DNA of 58,100 bases, filler included, from Sphacelaria rigidula (GCA_964200075.2; 5 parts of 5 records of this genome joined end to end with filler, not necessarily neighbours in it); one strand, 5' to 3'; counted from the whole stretch's first letter, positions 48,843 through 58,100 are shown. Made by a program: numbers and translations. Notes: generated by a model from the letters alone, not told the origin.

Positions 48843-49798
48843 GGCGCGTTTCAATTCTCGTTCTGGTCGCGCTTCTGGCGGCGGGCTGCAGCGGAAGTTC
48901 GGATCCGACGCTGGTGGACGGCGTGGAGATCACCGACGAGGATTTCGCTGCCCTCCACGTCGATGTCGATGAGCTCGACGAGGACGAACGTTCGGGCACA
49001 ATGCTCCTGCTGATTCTTCGCGAGGCCTTCGGAGCGAGTGCCGGGGAGGACTTGGATGTCGTGCTCGATGACACCGACGTCGACGCAGCCTTCGAGGAGT
49101 ACGTCGAGCGGTTCGAGAGCCGAGGAGGAATCGACACCGTCCTGAGCGCATTGAACCAGACTCCTGATCGCGTACGAATCGAAGCGGAGCTTGACACGAT
49201 TCGCGCAAACGTGTCCGAGACGCTCGTGCGTACAGAGGCGCCTGGATTCGACCTCGTTGGTGCCTACGAGGCGTACTTGCTCGTCGAGGCGGAAATCTGC
49301 CTCCAGCTCATCCAATTGGAGGCCGCTCCCGACTTTGACACGGCACGCGAGAGACTCGATGCCGGTGAAGCCTTCGCTACGGTGGCCCGAGAGTTGTCCA
49401 TCGATCCCTTTGTGGATCGGGACGATGGCAGTGGAGCGGGCGGTGACCTTGGGTGTTCAGCCCCGAATGCGCTACCAGGCGGACTCGATACGGCGTCATT
49501 GACCGCGCCGCTGAACGAGCCGAGCGGGCCGGTACTCGCCGATACCGGGGTGTACCTGATCGAGGTCTATGAGCGGACTGCACCAGATCTCACCGAAGTT
49601 CGTGGCGATGTGATCGAGTTCGCCGTCGAGCAACAGGGGCCCGAAATGTTTCGGCGCTGGGCGGTCGACGTGCTGCAAACGATCGAGGTCGACCTCGCCG
49701 AAGACTTCGGGACTTGGGCCATGTTGCCCGAGACGGACCCGGTGCCCACGGTGGTTCCCGACTATCGCTCGGGCGACATCATCGAGTCGGAATCATAA
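48839..49798 (+). CDS. PrsA/PpiC-like peptidyl-prolyl isomerase lipoprotein
   Basis: Lipobox LAAGC; GEAFATVARELSID..GGDLG..SGPV parvulin signature. Confidence 0.8.
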   Translation: MRRVSILVLVALLAAGCSGSSDPTLVDGVEITDEDFAALHVDVDELDEDERSGTMLLLILREAFGASAGEDLDVVLDDTDVDAAFEEYVERFESRGGIDTVLSALNQTPDRVRIEAELDTIRANVSETLVRTEAPGFDLVGAYEAYLLVEAEICLQLIQLEAAPDFDTARERLDAGEAFATVARELSIDPFVDRDDGSGAGGDLGCSAPNALPGGLDTASLTAPLNEPSGPVLADTGVYLIEVYERTAPDLTEVRGDVIEFAVEQQGPEMFRRWAVDVLQTIEVDLAEDFGTWAMLPETDPVPTVVPDYRSGDIIESES

Positions 49799-49810
49799 GG
49801 CGACCTCAGC

Positions 49811-49865
49811 TCAGAATTCCACAACAGCTTCAGAACTCCACAACAGCTCACAATTCCACGATGGC
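49811..49865. repeat. Three ~18-bp direct repeats including the 3' end of the Gfo/Idh/MocA gene
   Basis: TCAGAATTCCACAACAGC / TCAGAACTCCACAACAGC / TCACAATTCCACGATGGC. Confidence 0.8.
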
Positions 49866-50822
49866 GCCGTTCTCCGCAGCGCTCTTCGTCATCGCCTCGA
49901 GGATCCGAACCACCGCGGTTCCCTCGGCGCCACCGGTCTCGGGTTGCGAGTTCGACCGAATGCACTCGACGAAATGCGCCACGTTGTCGACCATCGGATC
50001 GAGGGGAACGAGGGGGTGTTCTGTTCTCGAGTCGTCTCCGTCGCGGAGCGTGAAGCAGCGCTGGCCGTCGTCTTCGCTCCACGCAATCATCTCCGAACCG
50101 TGCGCAGCGCACGTGATGAGCTTGGGGATTCTCAGCGAGGTTGTCAGGACCCCAATCGCGCCGGAGGGAAACTCCATCTGCATCGTGGTGATGTCATCGA
50201 GTGGTGAAGTCGGGCTCAGGGAAGTACTGAAGGCGGTCAGTCGTGTCGGGAAGTCGCCCGCAAGGTACAGAAGGTTGTCGACGATGTGCACCCCGAGCGC
50301 GGTCATGGCACCAGCTGGCGCCTCGTTCGGGTTTTCTCGCCACGGTCGTTGCGGGTCACCAGGCATCACCCGGCTGAAGTGGCCTTCGAGCAGATGAAGT
50401 TGACCGAGTTCGCCGTCCTCGACGAGTTGACGAACCCTTCGCGTCGCGGGGGCGCGTCGACGATATTGCGCAACCTGCAAGATCGTGTCATTGCGCCGCG
50501 CCGCGTCCGTGCACCGCTCAGCGTCGGTGACGGAGAGTGCGAGTGGCTTTTCGACCATGATCGCCACGCCGAACTCCGCGAGCTCGACCACGAGGTCGGC
50601 GTGCGTGGTGTGTGGGGTCGCCACGAGCACTCCATCGACGGAACCCGCGAGCTCGGCGATCGATGCCACAGGCTCGATGTTGTGCGCCTCGGCGAAGGAG
50701 CGTCGGGTCTCGTCGGTGCGCGCGAAACACCCTGTCAGTTCGGCACCGTCGACACTCTGGACCGCTGCCGCCAATCGATGTCCCCAGTTTCCGAGACCGA
50801 CGATGCCGAGAGAGATCGTCAT
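49848..50822 (-). CDS. Gfo/Idh/MocA family NAD(P)-dependent oxidoreductase
   Basis: GIVGLGNWG Rossmann motif, ATP..H, VEKP, GVHIVD; start overlaps the upstream stop (ATGA). Confidence 0.92.
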   Translation of the reverse strand: MTISLGIVGLGNWGHRLAAAVQSVDGAELTGCFARTDETRRSFAEAHNIEPVASIAELAGSVDGVLVATPHTTHADLVVELAEFGVAIMVEKPLALSVTDAERCTDAARRNDTILQVAQYRRRAPATRRVRQLVEDGELGQLHLLEGHFSRVMPGDPQRPWRENPNEAPAGAMTALGVHIVDNLLYLAGDFPTRLTAFSTSLSPTSPLDDITTMQMEFPSGAIGVLTTSLRIPKLITCAAHGSEMIAWSEDDGQRCFTLRDGDDSRTEHPLVPLDPMVDNVAHFVECIRSNSQPETGGAEGTAVVRILEAMTKSAAENGAIVEL

Positions 50823-51922
50823 GTGTCGATGCGATATTGCGTCAGTTTGTCCTCGTCGATCGTCACGCCCAGTCCCGGCGCATCGCTCGGGTGCAGATGT
50901 CCGTCGATCGGCAGGAATCGCTCGGTACACACATCATCGGCAAGGTATTGCGGGGAGATGCCCGATCCGAACTTCAGGTTTGGTACGGCAAGCGCGAGGT
51001 GAGCGCCGTGTGCAGCGCTGATGCTGCTTTGTCCGGCCATCCCCGCGAAGTGCACCCCGATGCCAGCGGCGTCGGCGACGGAGAAGAGGTCGCGAACGCC
51101 GATGGGCCCGGCTGCTTTCATGAGTTTGGCCACCACGGCTCCCGCGGCATTCATCGCCAAGTAGGTGCGAAGTGAGCTGGCGTCGAAGATCCCTTCATCG
51201 CCAGCGATGAGGACGGGGCTTTGCGAGACCAACGTCGCCATGCCAACCATGTCGTCGCGATCAACCGGCTGTTCGACGAAACCGGGGCGGGCGTCGACGA
51301 CGCCCCGCAGGTAACGGAGCGCGTCGCCAACGTCCCAACCCTGGTTGGCATCCGGGAGAAGCATGACGTCATCGCCGATGGCCTCTCGCACCGCGTAGGT
51401 GCACGCGAGGTCGTGGTCGACGTCGTTGCCCACCTTGACTTTGACCAGTGGATAACCGTCGGCGACGGCTTCGCCAGCTTCGGCTGCCATTTCTTCGGGT
51501 GAGCCACCCGAGACATGCCAGATCGTTGGCACCGATGCTCGGGATCGACCTCCGTAGTAGCGATAGAGGGGAATCGAGGCGGCCTGCGCGACGAGATCGA
51601 GCAGTGCCATCTCGACGGCCGCTCGCGCTCCATTGTTGTGCACGCTGATCTTGCGCATCAGGCTTCTGATGGCGTTGACATCCCCAGCGTCTCGACCCAC
51701 GAGCTGCTCGGCGTACACGTTTGCGATGAGGTCGTGCGCCGACGCCAGGCTTTCGCCAGAGAAATACCGAGCGAGCACGCTTTCGCCCAACCCGACGAGG
51801 CCCCCATCGGTGGTGATTCGCACCACGATGCACGTGCGAACATTCACTGTCGCGACGGCCATCTTGAGCGGCCGCCTGACCGGCACCTCGATCGGAATCG
51901 ATTCGACTCGTTCGATACGCAT
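50819..51922 (-). CDS. Mandelate racemase/muconate-lactonizing enzyme family (enolase superfamily)
   Basis: GLGES, KVKVG, DANQ, EQP, GDE, KLMK, PGLGV. Confidence 0.92.
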   Translation of the reverse strand: MRIERVESIPIEVPVRRPLKMAVATVNVRTCIVVRITTDGGLVGLGESVLARYFSGESLASAHDLIANVYAEQLVGRDAGDVNAIRSLMRKISVHNNGARAAVEMALLDLVAQAASIPLYRYYGGRSRASVPTIWHVSGGSPEEMAAEAGEAVADGYPLVKVKVGNDVDHDLACTYAVREAIGDDVMLLPDANQGWDVGDALRYLRGVVDARPGFVEQPVDRDDMVGMATLVSQSPVLIAGDEGIFDASSLRTYLAMNAAGAVVAKLMKAAGPIGVRDLFSVADAAGIGVHFAGMAGQSSISAAHGAHLALAVPNLKFGSGISPQYLADDVCTERFLPIDGHLHPSDAPGLGVTIDEDKLTQYRIDT

Positions 51923-52044
51923 TGTCATCCCCCGGGTGAGTCTGAAAATCTTCCACTCACGTCTGCGACATAATATATGATTTTGTCTGGCGACGAATAC
52001 GCATGGCATCCATTGGCCGTGAGTGGACGTCTGAAGGGGAACAT

Positions 52045-53304
52045 GTGGCCGAGGCCGAGGGCAAGCTCAACATGAAGTCAGGGTCATCTGCACTTGCCGT
52101 GACCCCCATCGGTGACTACGCGGAGCCGGTTCGCAAAATCATCGAAGGAGCGATGAAACGAGCCGATGAGAGCCTGGCGGGGTCGTTCTCCGGGGTCATG
52201 ACCGGGGCGCGCGATGTTGAGGGCCTGCACCCGCTCGCGAGTACCGGGGTCTCGGTGGCTCCAATCATCGAGGCGGCGCAAAACTTTCTTGCCTCGTTGT
52301 CGACCGAGCAACGCGAGACCGTGTCGTTCGAAGTCGACGACGACTACCACTGGCGTTCTTGGCACAACATGCACTTCTTCTTGATGCGACATGGCCTCGG
52401 CATGCATGACATGTCGAGTGAACAGCGAGGTCGCGCGCTCGACGTTCTTCGAACATCGATGAGTGTTTCGGGCTTCGACAACGCTCGCGATGTCATGCGG
52501 CTCAACGAACACGCCGCTGAACTGACAGGTCGACGCGATGAGTACGGAGAGTTCTATTACTGGATCAGCTTGTTCGGAACTCCTTCCGCGACCGAGCCGT
52601 GGGGTTGGCAGATCGACGGACATCACCTGATCGTGAACTGTCTGATCATCGGCGACCAGATCGTGATGACCCCGGACTTCAGGGGCTCGGAACCCGTGGT
52701 CGCCGAGTCCGGTGCATTCGCCGGTACCCAGGTGTTTGTCGAAGAGGAGTCCACGGGCCTCGATCTGATGCGAAGTCTGGGGGCAGCGCAGCGCGAGATC
52801 GCAACCATTTCAACCGTGCCGCCGCGTGAGGTCATCACGACGGCCCAGGTCGACAATCTCGTCCTCGGCAACGAGGGGTTGGCGTTTTCGAGCCTGAAGA
52901 AGCGTCAGCAGGATGATCTCGTCGAACTGATATCGCTGTACACGAGTCGGCTCCGTCCCGGGCACGCCGAGCTGTGGCTCGATCAGATCATGACGCACTT
53001 GGACGACACGCACTTTGCCTGGATGGGCGGCTGTGACGACGACGCGCCGTTCTACTACCGGGTCACGAATCCGCTGATCCTCATCGAGTTCGACCATCTC
53101 CCCGGGATCATCTACGACAATCGGGAACCCTCGCGTCGTCATGTCCACACGATTGTGCGGACGCCCAACGGCAACGACTACGGCCGCAGCGTGCTCCTCG
53201 AGCACTACCGGCGGCACGACCACGCAGATCCGATGTCTCAGCATCGGCAAGGCACACATTCAGAGGAACATTCCTCTTCGCACAACCACCAGGGGGCAAA
53301 GTGA
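52045..53304 (+). CDS. DUF3500 domain-containing protein
   Basis: WGWQIDGHHL, FAWMG, YYRV, IEFDH, HVHTIVRTPNGNDYG; start codon uncertain (52003 or 52045). Confidence 0.8.
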   Translation: MAEAEGKLNMKSGSSALAVTPIGDYAEPVRKIIEGAMKRADESLAGSFSGVMTGARDVEGLHPLASTGVSVAPIIEAAQNFLASLSTEQRETVSFEVDDDYHWRSWHNMHFFLMRHGLGMHDMSSEQRGRALDVLRTSMSVSGFDNARDVMRLNEHAAELTGRRDEYGEFYYWISLFGTPSATEPWGWQIDGHHLIVNCLIIGDQIVMTPDFRGSEPVVAESGAFAGTQVFVEEESTGLDLMRSLGAAQREIATISTVPPREVITTAQVDNLVLGNEGLAFSSLKKRQQDDLVELISLYTSRLRPGHAELWLDQIMTHLDDTHFAWMGGCDDDAPFYYRVTNPLILIEFDHLPGIIYDNREPSRRHVHTIVRTPNGNDYGRSVLLEHYRRHDHADPMSQHRQGTHSEEHSSSHNHQGAK

Positions 53305-54683
53305 CCACACCAGAAATCGCTCAGCAATATGCGGAGTACACGGCGGGGCTGTCATTCGATGACCTGCCAGACGATGTCGTGGAACACACAAAGAAGCTCA
53401 TTCTCGACATCATGGCCAACACGATCGGCGGTTATGAGTGGATGGAGTCGGGTCCGAAGATTCTCGACGGAGTCTCTCGGCTCAACCGCAAACAGGCTGG
53501 TGCGACCGTCCTCGCGACGGGACAGCCGATGGCCCCGGAGTGGGCGGCACTTGCCAACGGCGGTTTCTCGCACAGTCTCGACTACGACAACCATCACGCA
53601 AAAGGTGTCATCCACGCTGGTTCGTCCGTCGTGAACACCGCACTCGCAGCGGGTGAAGAGAACGATGCCGACGGCAAGGAGCTCATCGTTGCCGTCGTTG
53701 CTGGCTACGAGATCGCGTGTCGGCTCGCCATGGGTCTCGGCCCCCACTCGTCGCATGAAATGGGCTCGCATCCGACGGGGACCTGCGCAACCTTCGCGGC
53801 GTCGGCAATCGTTGGTCGGCTCCGCGGCGTCGAACCGGAGGTGATCGTCAACGCAATGGGCCTCAACGGCTCGCAGGCAGCGGGGTCGATGCAATACATC
53901 TTGAACGGAGCCTGGAACAAACGAATGCACCCGGGCTTGGCCGCACACAACGGATTCGTGGCCACGTCGCTGGCTGAAGCCGGGTTCATCGGGGCGGCAG
54001 AAGTTTTTGAAGGCGAGCAAGGCTTCTTCCAGGGTTATGCGCTTCGGCCAACCCCGGACGAAGCCACCCGAACGCTTGGGTCCGAATACGAGACGATGAA
54101 CGTTGCCATCAAACCATTCTCGCTCTGCCGGTACACCCACCAGACGCTGGACCTGCTGATCGATCTCGCCAACGAGCGAGAGATCGATACCACCGACGTG
54201 AACAGCATCCTCATCGAAATGCCCACGTACGGAGTGCAACTGTGCGGATCGCCCATCGAGGCGAAACAGAACCCGACTTCCGCCGTCGATGCGCAATTCA
54301 GCGGCCCATATGCCGCAGCGCTGGCTCTCACCGAGAAGCGTGCCGGAATGGATGTCTTCACGGGGGTGCTCGACCGAGGTCCTTCCGACGAGTTCAAACG
54401 TCTCATGGCGGTCACCAATGTCCAGCAGGCCGATGACCTCGACGAGATTCATCCAGAGTTCTGGCCAGGTCGGGTCACGATCGACATCGGTGGAGAGAAG
54501 ATCGAGCGGTATGCCAAGCACATGCTCGGTGAGAAGGAACGGCCGATGACGATGGCCGGAGTGCAGGCAAAGTTCGCGGAGCTTGCACCAAAGCACGACG
54601 AGGACGCGCAGCAGGCGGTATTTGCCGTGATCGATGATCTCGAGAATCGCACGGTTGCTGAGCTCGTGTCGCCGCTTCGATGA
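53301..54683 (+). CDS. MmgE/PrpD family protein
   Basis: AALANGGFSHSLDYDNHH, IH, GYEI, HPTG, KRMHPG, IKPFSLCRYTH. Confidence 0.92.
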   Translation: MTTPEIAQQYAEYTAGLSFDDLPDDVVEHTKKLILDIMANTIGGYEWMESGPKILDGVSRLNRKQAGATVLATGQPMAPEWAALANGGFSHSLDYDNHHAKGVIHAGSSVVNTALAAGEENDADGKELIVAVVAGYEIACRLAMGLGPHSSHEMGSHPTGTCATFAASAIVGRLRGVEPEVIVNAMGLNGSQAAGSMQYILNGAWNKRMHPGLAAHNGFVATSLAEAGFIGAAEVFEGEQGFFQGYALRPTPDEATRTLGSEYETMNVAIKPFSLCRYTHQTLDLLIDLANEREIDTTDVNSILIEMPTYGVQLCGSPIEAKQNPTSAVDAQFSGPYAAALALTEKRAGMDVFTGVLDRGPSDEFKRLMAVTNVQQADDLDEIHPEFWPGRVTIDIGGEKIERYAKHMLGEKERPMTMAGVQAKFAELAPKHDEDAQQAVFAVIDDLENRTVAELVSPLR

Positions 54684-54714
54684 CCAACACTTCGCACAGG
54701 ATGTGAGTTGAACA

Positions 54715-55731
54715 ATGCAGAGAGAAGAACGCACCGGGCCCACCGTGTGGCTCGGCGAAGAAAAAGAACGAGATGAAGACTGGATCATTCGGCTTCAGCC
54801 CGAGATGATCGACGAATTGGAAGAGCGGGTGCGCTCATCGGCGGACCTCGAGCTGCCGTTCGACGCGTCGGACTTTGCGCTGGAAGCCTGCGCCGAGGTT
54901 GTCGATGGCGTGGTCTCGTTGCTCAGCGACGGTCCTGGTCTCGCACTCGTTCGAGGGTTGCCGCGTGAACGATTCACCGACGCCGAGTGCGAACGCATCT
55001 ACTGGGCGTTCGGCATGCACTTGGGAACACCGGTGCGGCAGAACTCGGCGGGTGATCGGCTCGGGCACGTCCGCGACACCGGCATGTCCGTCGACGATCC
55101 AAATGTCCGCGTGTATCAGACGAACATCAAGCTCGACTACCACGCCGACCAGCTGCCCGTCGACGTCCTGGGGCTGTTCTGTTTGCGGACCGCGATGCGC
55201 GGTGGTGCGAGCAAGATCGTCAGCGCGACGACAATTCACAACGTCGTTCTCGAGGAGCGCCCGGACCTTCTCGAGGTGCTGTATCAACCGTTCAACGTGG
55301 ACTGGCGCGGTGAAGAAGCCGACGGTGATCAGCCGTGGTATCAGATGCCAATGTTCAGCGTTGCTGAAGGCAAAATCGCGTCTCGTTTCGCATCGCTTGC
55401 GTACTTCCGAAGCGTCGACCGATTCGGTGAAGACCTCTCGATGACCGCGGACCAGGTGGAGGCGTTGGACTTCGTGCAAGAGGTTGCGAATCGGCCAGGA
55501 ATGGCGATGAGCATGATGTTCGAAGAGGGGGACATGCAGTTCCTCAACAACCACGTGATGCTCCACGCTCGTGACGCGTTCGAGGACCACGCCGATCTCG
55601 AACGGCGACGTCACTTGCTGCGCATGTGGGTTTCCTACAAACCAGAGAATCGTCAGCCGCTGTCGCCGTTGCTTGCGGAACGCTACCGTTACGTGGAATC
55701 GGGTGGGATGCCCATCAAGACCAAGGGGTAG
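54715..55731 (+). CDS. TauD/TfdA-like Fe(II)/2-oxoglutarate-dependent dioxygenase
   Basis: HAD (HxD) iron ligands, GDMQFLNNHVMLHAR, RHLLRMW. Confidence 0.9.
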   Translation: MQREERTGPTVWLGEEKERDEDWIIRLQPEMIDELEERVRSSADLELPFDASDFALEACAEVVDGVVSLLSDGPGLALVRGLPRERFTDAECERIYWAFGMHLGTPVRQNSAGDRLGHVRDTGMSVDDPNVRVYQTNIKLDYHADQLPVDVLGLFCLRTAMRGGASKIVSATTIHNVVLEERPDLLEVLYQPFNVDWRGEEADGDQPWYQMPMFSVAEGKIASRFASLAYFRSVDRFGEDLSMTADQVEALDFVQEVANRPGMAMSMMFEEGDMQFLNNHVMLHARDAFEDHADLERRRHLLRMWVSYKPENRQPLSPLLAERYRYVESGGMPIKTKG

Positions 55732-55734
55732 ACA

Positions 55735-56484
55735 TTGGCCGAGGGCCTGCTGGCGAGGGTGATCGTCATTCTCGAATCACTCGTGGCAGCTGGCGAGCCC
55801 GTCGGGCCGCGGGCGCTGGCTCGGAGCACCGGAATCGACCGAAGTGCGGTCGGTCGGATCCTTCAACAGCTCGTTGCACTCGACGTGTTGACGGGGGAGA
55901 ACGGCAAGTACGAACCAGGACCGCGATTCTTCTCCCTCGGCCGGACTTTGTCGGCACTCGATACCTTGCCCGCAGCAGCCAGTTCCGTCCTCTCGGCGCT
56001 CGTGGCTCAGTATGACGAGACGTCATACGTATGCACACTTCACAGTGGTGCCGCAGTCTTTCTCTACGAGAGTCAAAGCAGCAAGCCGCTGCGGTATGTC
56101 GTCGACCTCGGGCGCCCGGTTCCGCTCCACGCCGGGGCCGCGGGTCGTGCGATCCTCCTCGGCCTTCAAGAAGAGCATGCTCGTGAGCTTCTCGAATCAT
56201 CGCCGCTCCAACAGCTGACAGAGAACACGGTCTACGACGTCGAGTCGCTCCTCGAGATGCGGGCTGCTGACCGTGAAGTTGGCTACTCGGTGAGTATCGA
56301 GGAGCGCGTCGAAGGTGGCGCCGCGGTCGCGGCCCCGTTCTACGACAGCTCCGGTTGTTGTCAGGGCTCGGTGGTACTCACGGCACCTCTCGCTCGGTTT
56401 GCCGACATGGACCGAACGCTCATCGGCAACGCCTTGCGTGAGGCAGCCCAAACCCTGTCGTCGAGGCTGGGTGCACCGACGTAG
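55735..56484 (+). CDS. IclR family transcriptional regulator
   Basis: N-terminal wHTH (LARSTGIDRSAVGRIL), PLHAGAAGRAIL, GYS..EE..G..AVAAP. Confidence 0.92.
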   Translation: MAEGLLARVIVILESLVAAGEPVGPRALARSTGIDRSAVGRILQQLVALDVLTGENGKYEPGPRFFSLGRTLSALDTLPAAASSVLSALVAQYDETSYVCTLHSGAAVFLYESQSSKPLRYVVDLGRPVPLHAGAAGRAILLGLQEEHARELLESSPLQQLTENTVYDVESLLEMRAADREVGYSVSIEERVEGGAAVAAPFYDSSGCCQGSVVLTAPLARFADMDRTLIGNALREAAQTLSSRLGAPT

Positions 56485-56568
56485 AACTCGGCACGCCTGA
56501 CCTGTCACCGCTGAAGGAGGCAGGGGTCATCATGCACAATGTAGGATGCGCTGTAACGAGGGGGCATC

Positions 56569-57516
56569 ATGACCGAAATCACCGTGGAGTTGCTGGAGCA
56601 GTACTGCAAGGAATACCGAAACTGGGGTCGTTGGGGCGACGACGATCAGCTCGGGACGATGAATCACATCACGCCAGCCAAGATTGCCGAGTCCGCTCGA
56701 TTGGTGCAGCAGGGAAAGGTTTTCTCACTGCAGCTCCCACTCGACGGCTCCGGGCCCCAGACAGGCGCGTTCGGCCGAGTGAACTCGATTCACCAAATGG
56801 TTGCGACCGGCACCGATTACGTGGCCGGGACACAGGGTTACCCGCTCGAACTTGGGGTTGCTGACGACACGCTGTTTCTGTTTCTCCAAGGCGGAACGCA
56901 ATGGGATGCGCTCTCGCACATCTTCCACAAGGGCAAGATGTACAACGGATATGACGCCGAGCTCGTCTCGAGCAAGGGTGCCGAACTCAACGGAATCGAG
57001 CAGCACAAGGCCGTAGTTTCGAGGGGAGTCCTGCTCGACATTCCTCGCTCGATGGGCAAGGAGTACCTCGAACCAGGCGAGGCCATCACCGCAGACGACC
57101 TCGATGCCGCGTGCGAGTTCCACGGTGTCGAAGTTGGAACCGGAGACATGGTGCTCATCCGAACCGGCGACATGGCACACCGTCGCAACCTTCCGGGATG
57201 GGACGGCTATTCGGCGGGGGATTCCCCCGGGCTGTCGATGCTTGCAGCCCCATGGTTGTACGAGCGAGAGGTAGCGGCAATCGCCACCGACACGTGGGGA
57301 GCAGAGGTGCGGCCGAACGAAATCGAGGGCAGCTTCCAGCCCCTTCATCTGGTCATGATTCCAAACATGGGACTGTTCGTCGGAGAGATCTGGTACCTCG
57401 ACGAATTGGCCGATGACTGCGCCGCCGACGGCATCTACGAGTTCCAGCTCGTTGCACCACCACTCAACATTCCGCGTGCGGTCGGCTCCCCAGTCAATCC
57501 GCAGGCCATCAAGTAG
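56569..57516 (+). CDS. Cyclase family metal-dependent hydrolase (kynurenine formamidase-like)
   Basis: NWGRWG..DQLGT.N, GTQWDALSH, RGVLLD, LIRTG, PG, ATDT, GE, GSPVNPQA. Confidence 0.92.
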   Translation: MTEITVELLEQYCKEYRNWGRWGDDDQLGTMNHITPAKIAESARLVQQGKVFSLQLPLDGSGPQTGAFGRVNSIHQMVATGTDYVAGTQGYPLELGVADDTLFLFLQGGTQWDALSHIFHKGKMYNGYDAELVSSKGAELNGIEQHKAVVSRGVLLDIPRSMGKEYLEPGEAITADDLDAACEFHGVEVGTGDMVLIRTGDMAHRRNLPGWDGYSAGDSPGLSMLAAPWLYEREVAAIATDTWGAEVRPNEIEGSFQPLHLVMIPNMGLFVGEIWYLDELADDCAADGIYEFQLVAPPLNIPRAVGSPVNPQAIK

Positions 57517-57527
57517 GGAAACACATC

Positions 57528-58100
57528 ATGAGCAGAATCGTCGTTGATCTCCACGCGCACGCCATCGTGCCCGATGCTTTGGTCGAAATGCAGAAGGCAC
57601 AACCCGAGCACGGGCCCGTCCTCATCAAGGCCGAGGGCAAACAATGGCTGAAATACCCGCAACGCGAGCGGCTGGGTCCGTTGCCTGACGAGATCTTCGA
57701 TCCGGCGATGAGGTTGGCTGACATGGATCGTCAGCGGGTCGATCGTCAGATCATTGCCATCCCGCCGCCCAACTTTCACTACCACGTCGATCGCGAGGTC
57801 GGGATCGACTTCGCCCGGCTACAGAACGACGGGATCATGTCGTTGTGCGATGCCGACCACGATCGATTTCACATGTTCGGCACACTGCCCCTGCAGGACA
57901 TCGACGCGTCCCTCATTGAGCTCGGTCGAATAGCCCCGTTCTCTCGATTGCGGGGAATTCAGATCGGCACGAACGTGAATGGGGTCGACCTCGATGATGC
58001 GTCCTTCACGCCCCTGTTCGCGAAGATGGAAGAGCTCAATCTGCCGGTCTGGTTACACCCGGATCAGCGGTCGATCGCCGGGGTGGAGCGGATCACCAAA
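57528..58100 (+). CDS. Amidohydrolase_2 family (ACMSD-like), 3' truncated; absent from the ORF track
   Basis: MSRIVVDLHAH..RLADMDRQRVD..QND..GTLPLQD..LPVWLHP, open to the window end. Confidence 0.9.
   Translation, partial: MSRIVVDLHAHAIVPDALVEMQKAQPEHGPVLIKAEGKQWLKYPQRERLGPLPDEIFDPAMRLADMDRQRVDRQIIAIPPPNFHYHVDREVGIDFARLQNDGIMSLCDADHDRFHMFGTLPLQDIDASLIELGRIAPFSRLRGIQIGTNVNGVDLDDASFTPLFAKMEELNLPVWLHPDQRSIAGVERITK

Noticed and set aside
49811..49865. CRISPR array
   Set aside because: Repeats abut with no spacers and no cas genes are present
53352..54788. 478-aa antisense ORF and other overlapping ORFs in contig 5
   Set aside because: Shadow ORFs typical of high-GC coding DNA; the opposite strand holds clear family motifs

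Overview
The window is five unrelated ~11.54 kb contigs (1-11541, 11642-23181, 23282-34821, 34922-46461, 46562-58100) joined by 100-bp N/TTAATTAATTAA linkers, so adjacency across linkers means nothing biologically. Contigs 1-4 are eukaryotic, most likely a photosynthetic stramenopile such as a brown alga (inferred from a signal peptide + A^F plastid presequence and intron-rich genes). They contain two decayed copies of a Ty3/Gypsy family A, whose integrase ends in a chromodomain-like plus PWWP/Tudor-like tail and which carry several MITEs (GAG..CTC termini with 4-bp TSD, Sola2-like; and a 293-bp CAC..GTG palindrome with 2-bp TSD). A second Gypsy family B is inserted into the 3' LTR of A; it has a 630-bp LTR, a PBS, a 4.3-kb leader, a Gag with a PAM2-like motif and CCCH finger, an in-frame gag-TGA-pol junction followed by a hairpin, and a WLDD RT. 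Also present: a tRNA-derived SINE, the first exon of a probable thylakoid-lumen protein, and 8 exons of an HIPL1/HHIP-like gene. Contig 5 is a GC-rich, actinobacteria-like bacterial catabolic locus with three amidohydrolase_2 (ACMSD-like) genes, CMD/AhpD-like, PrsA-like PPIase, Gfo/Idh/MocA, MLE-type enolase, DUF3500, MmgE/PrpD, TauD-like, IclR and cyclase genes. All family calls come from motif recognition by eye; no database searches were run.
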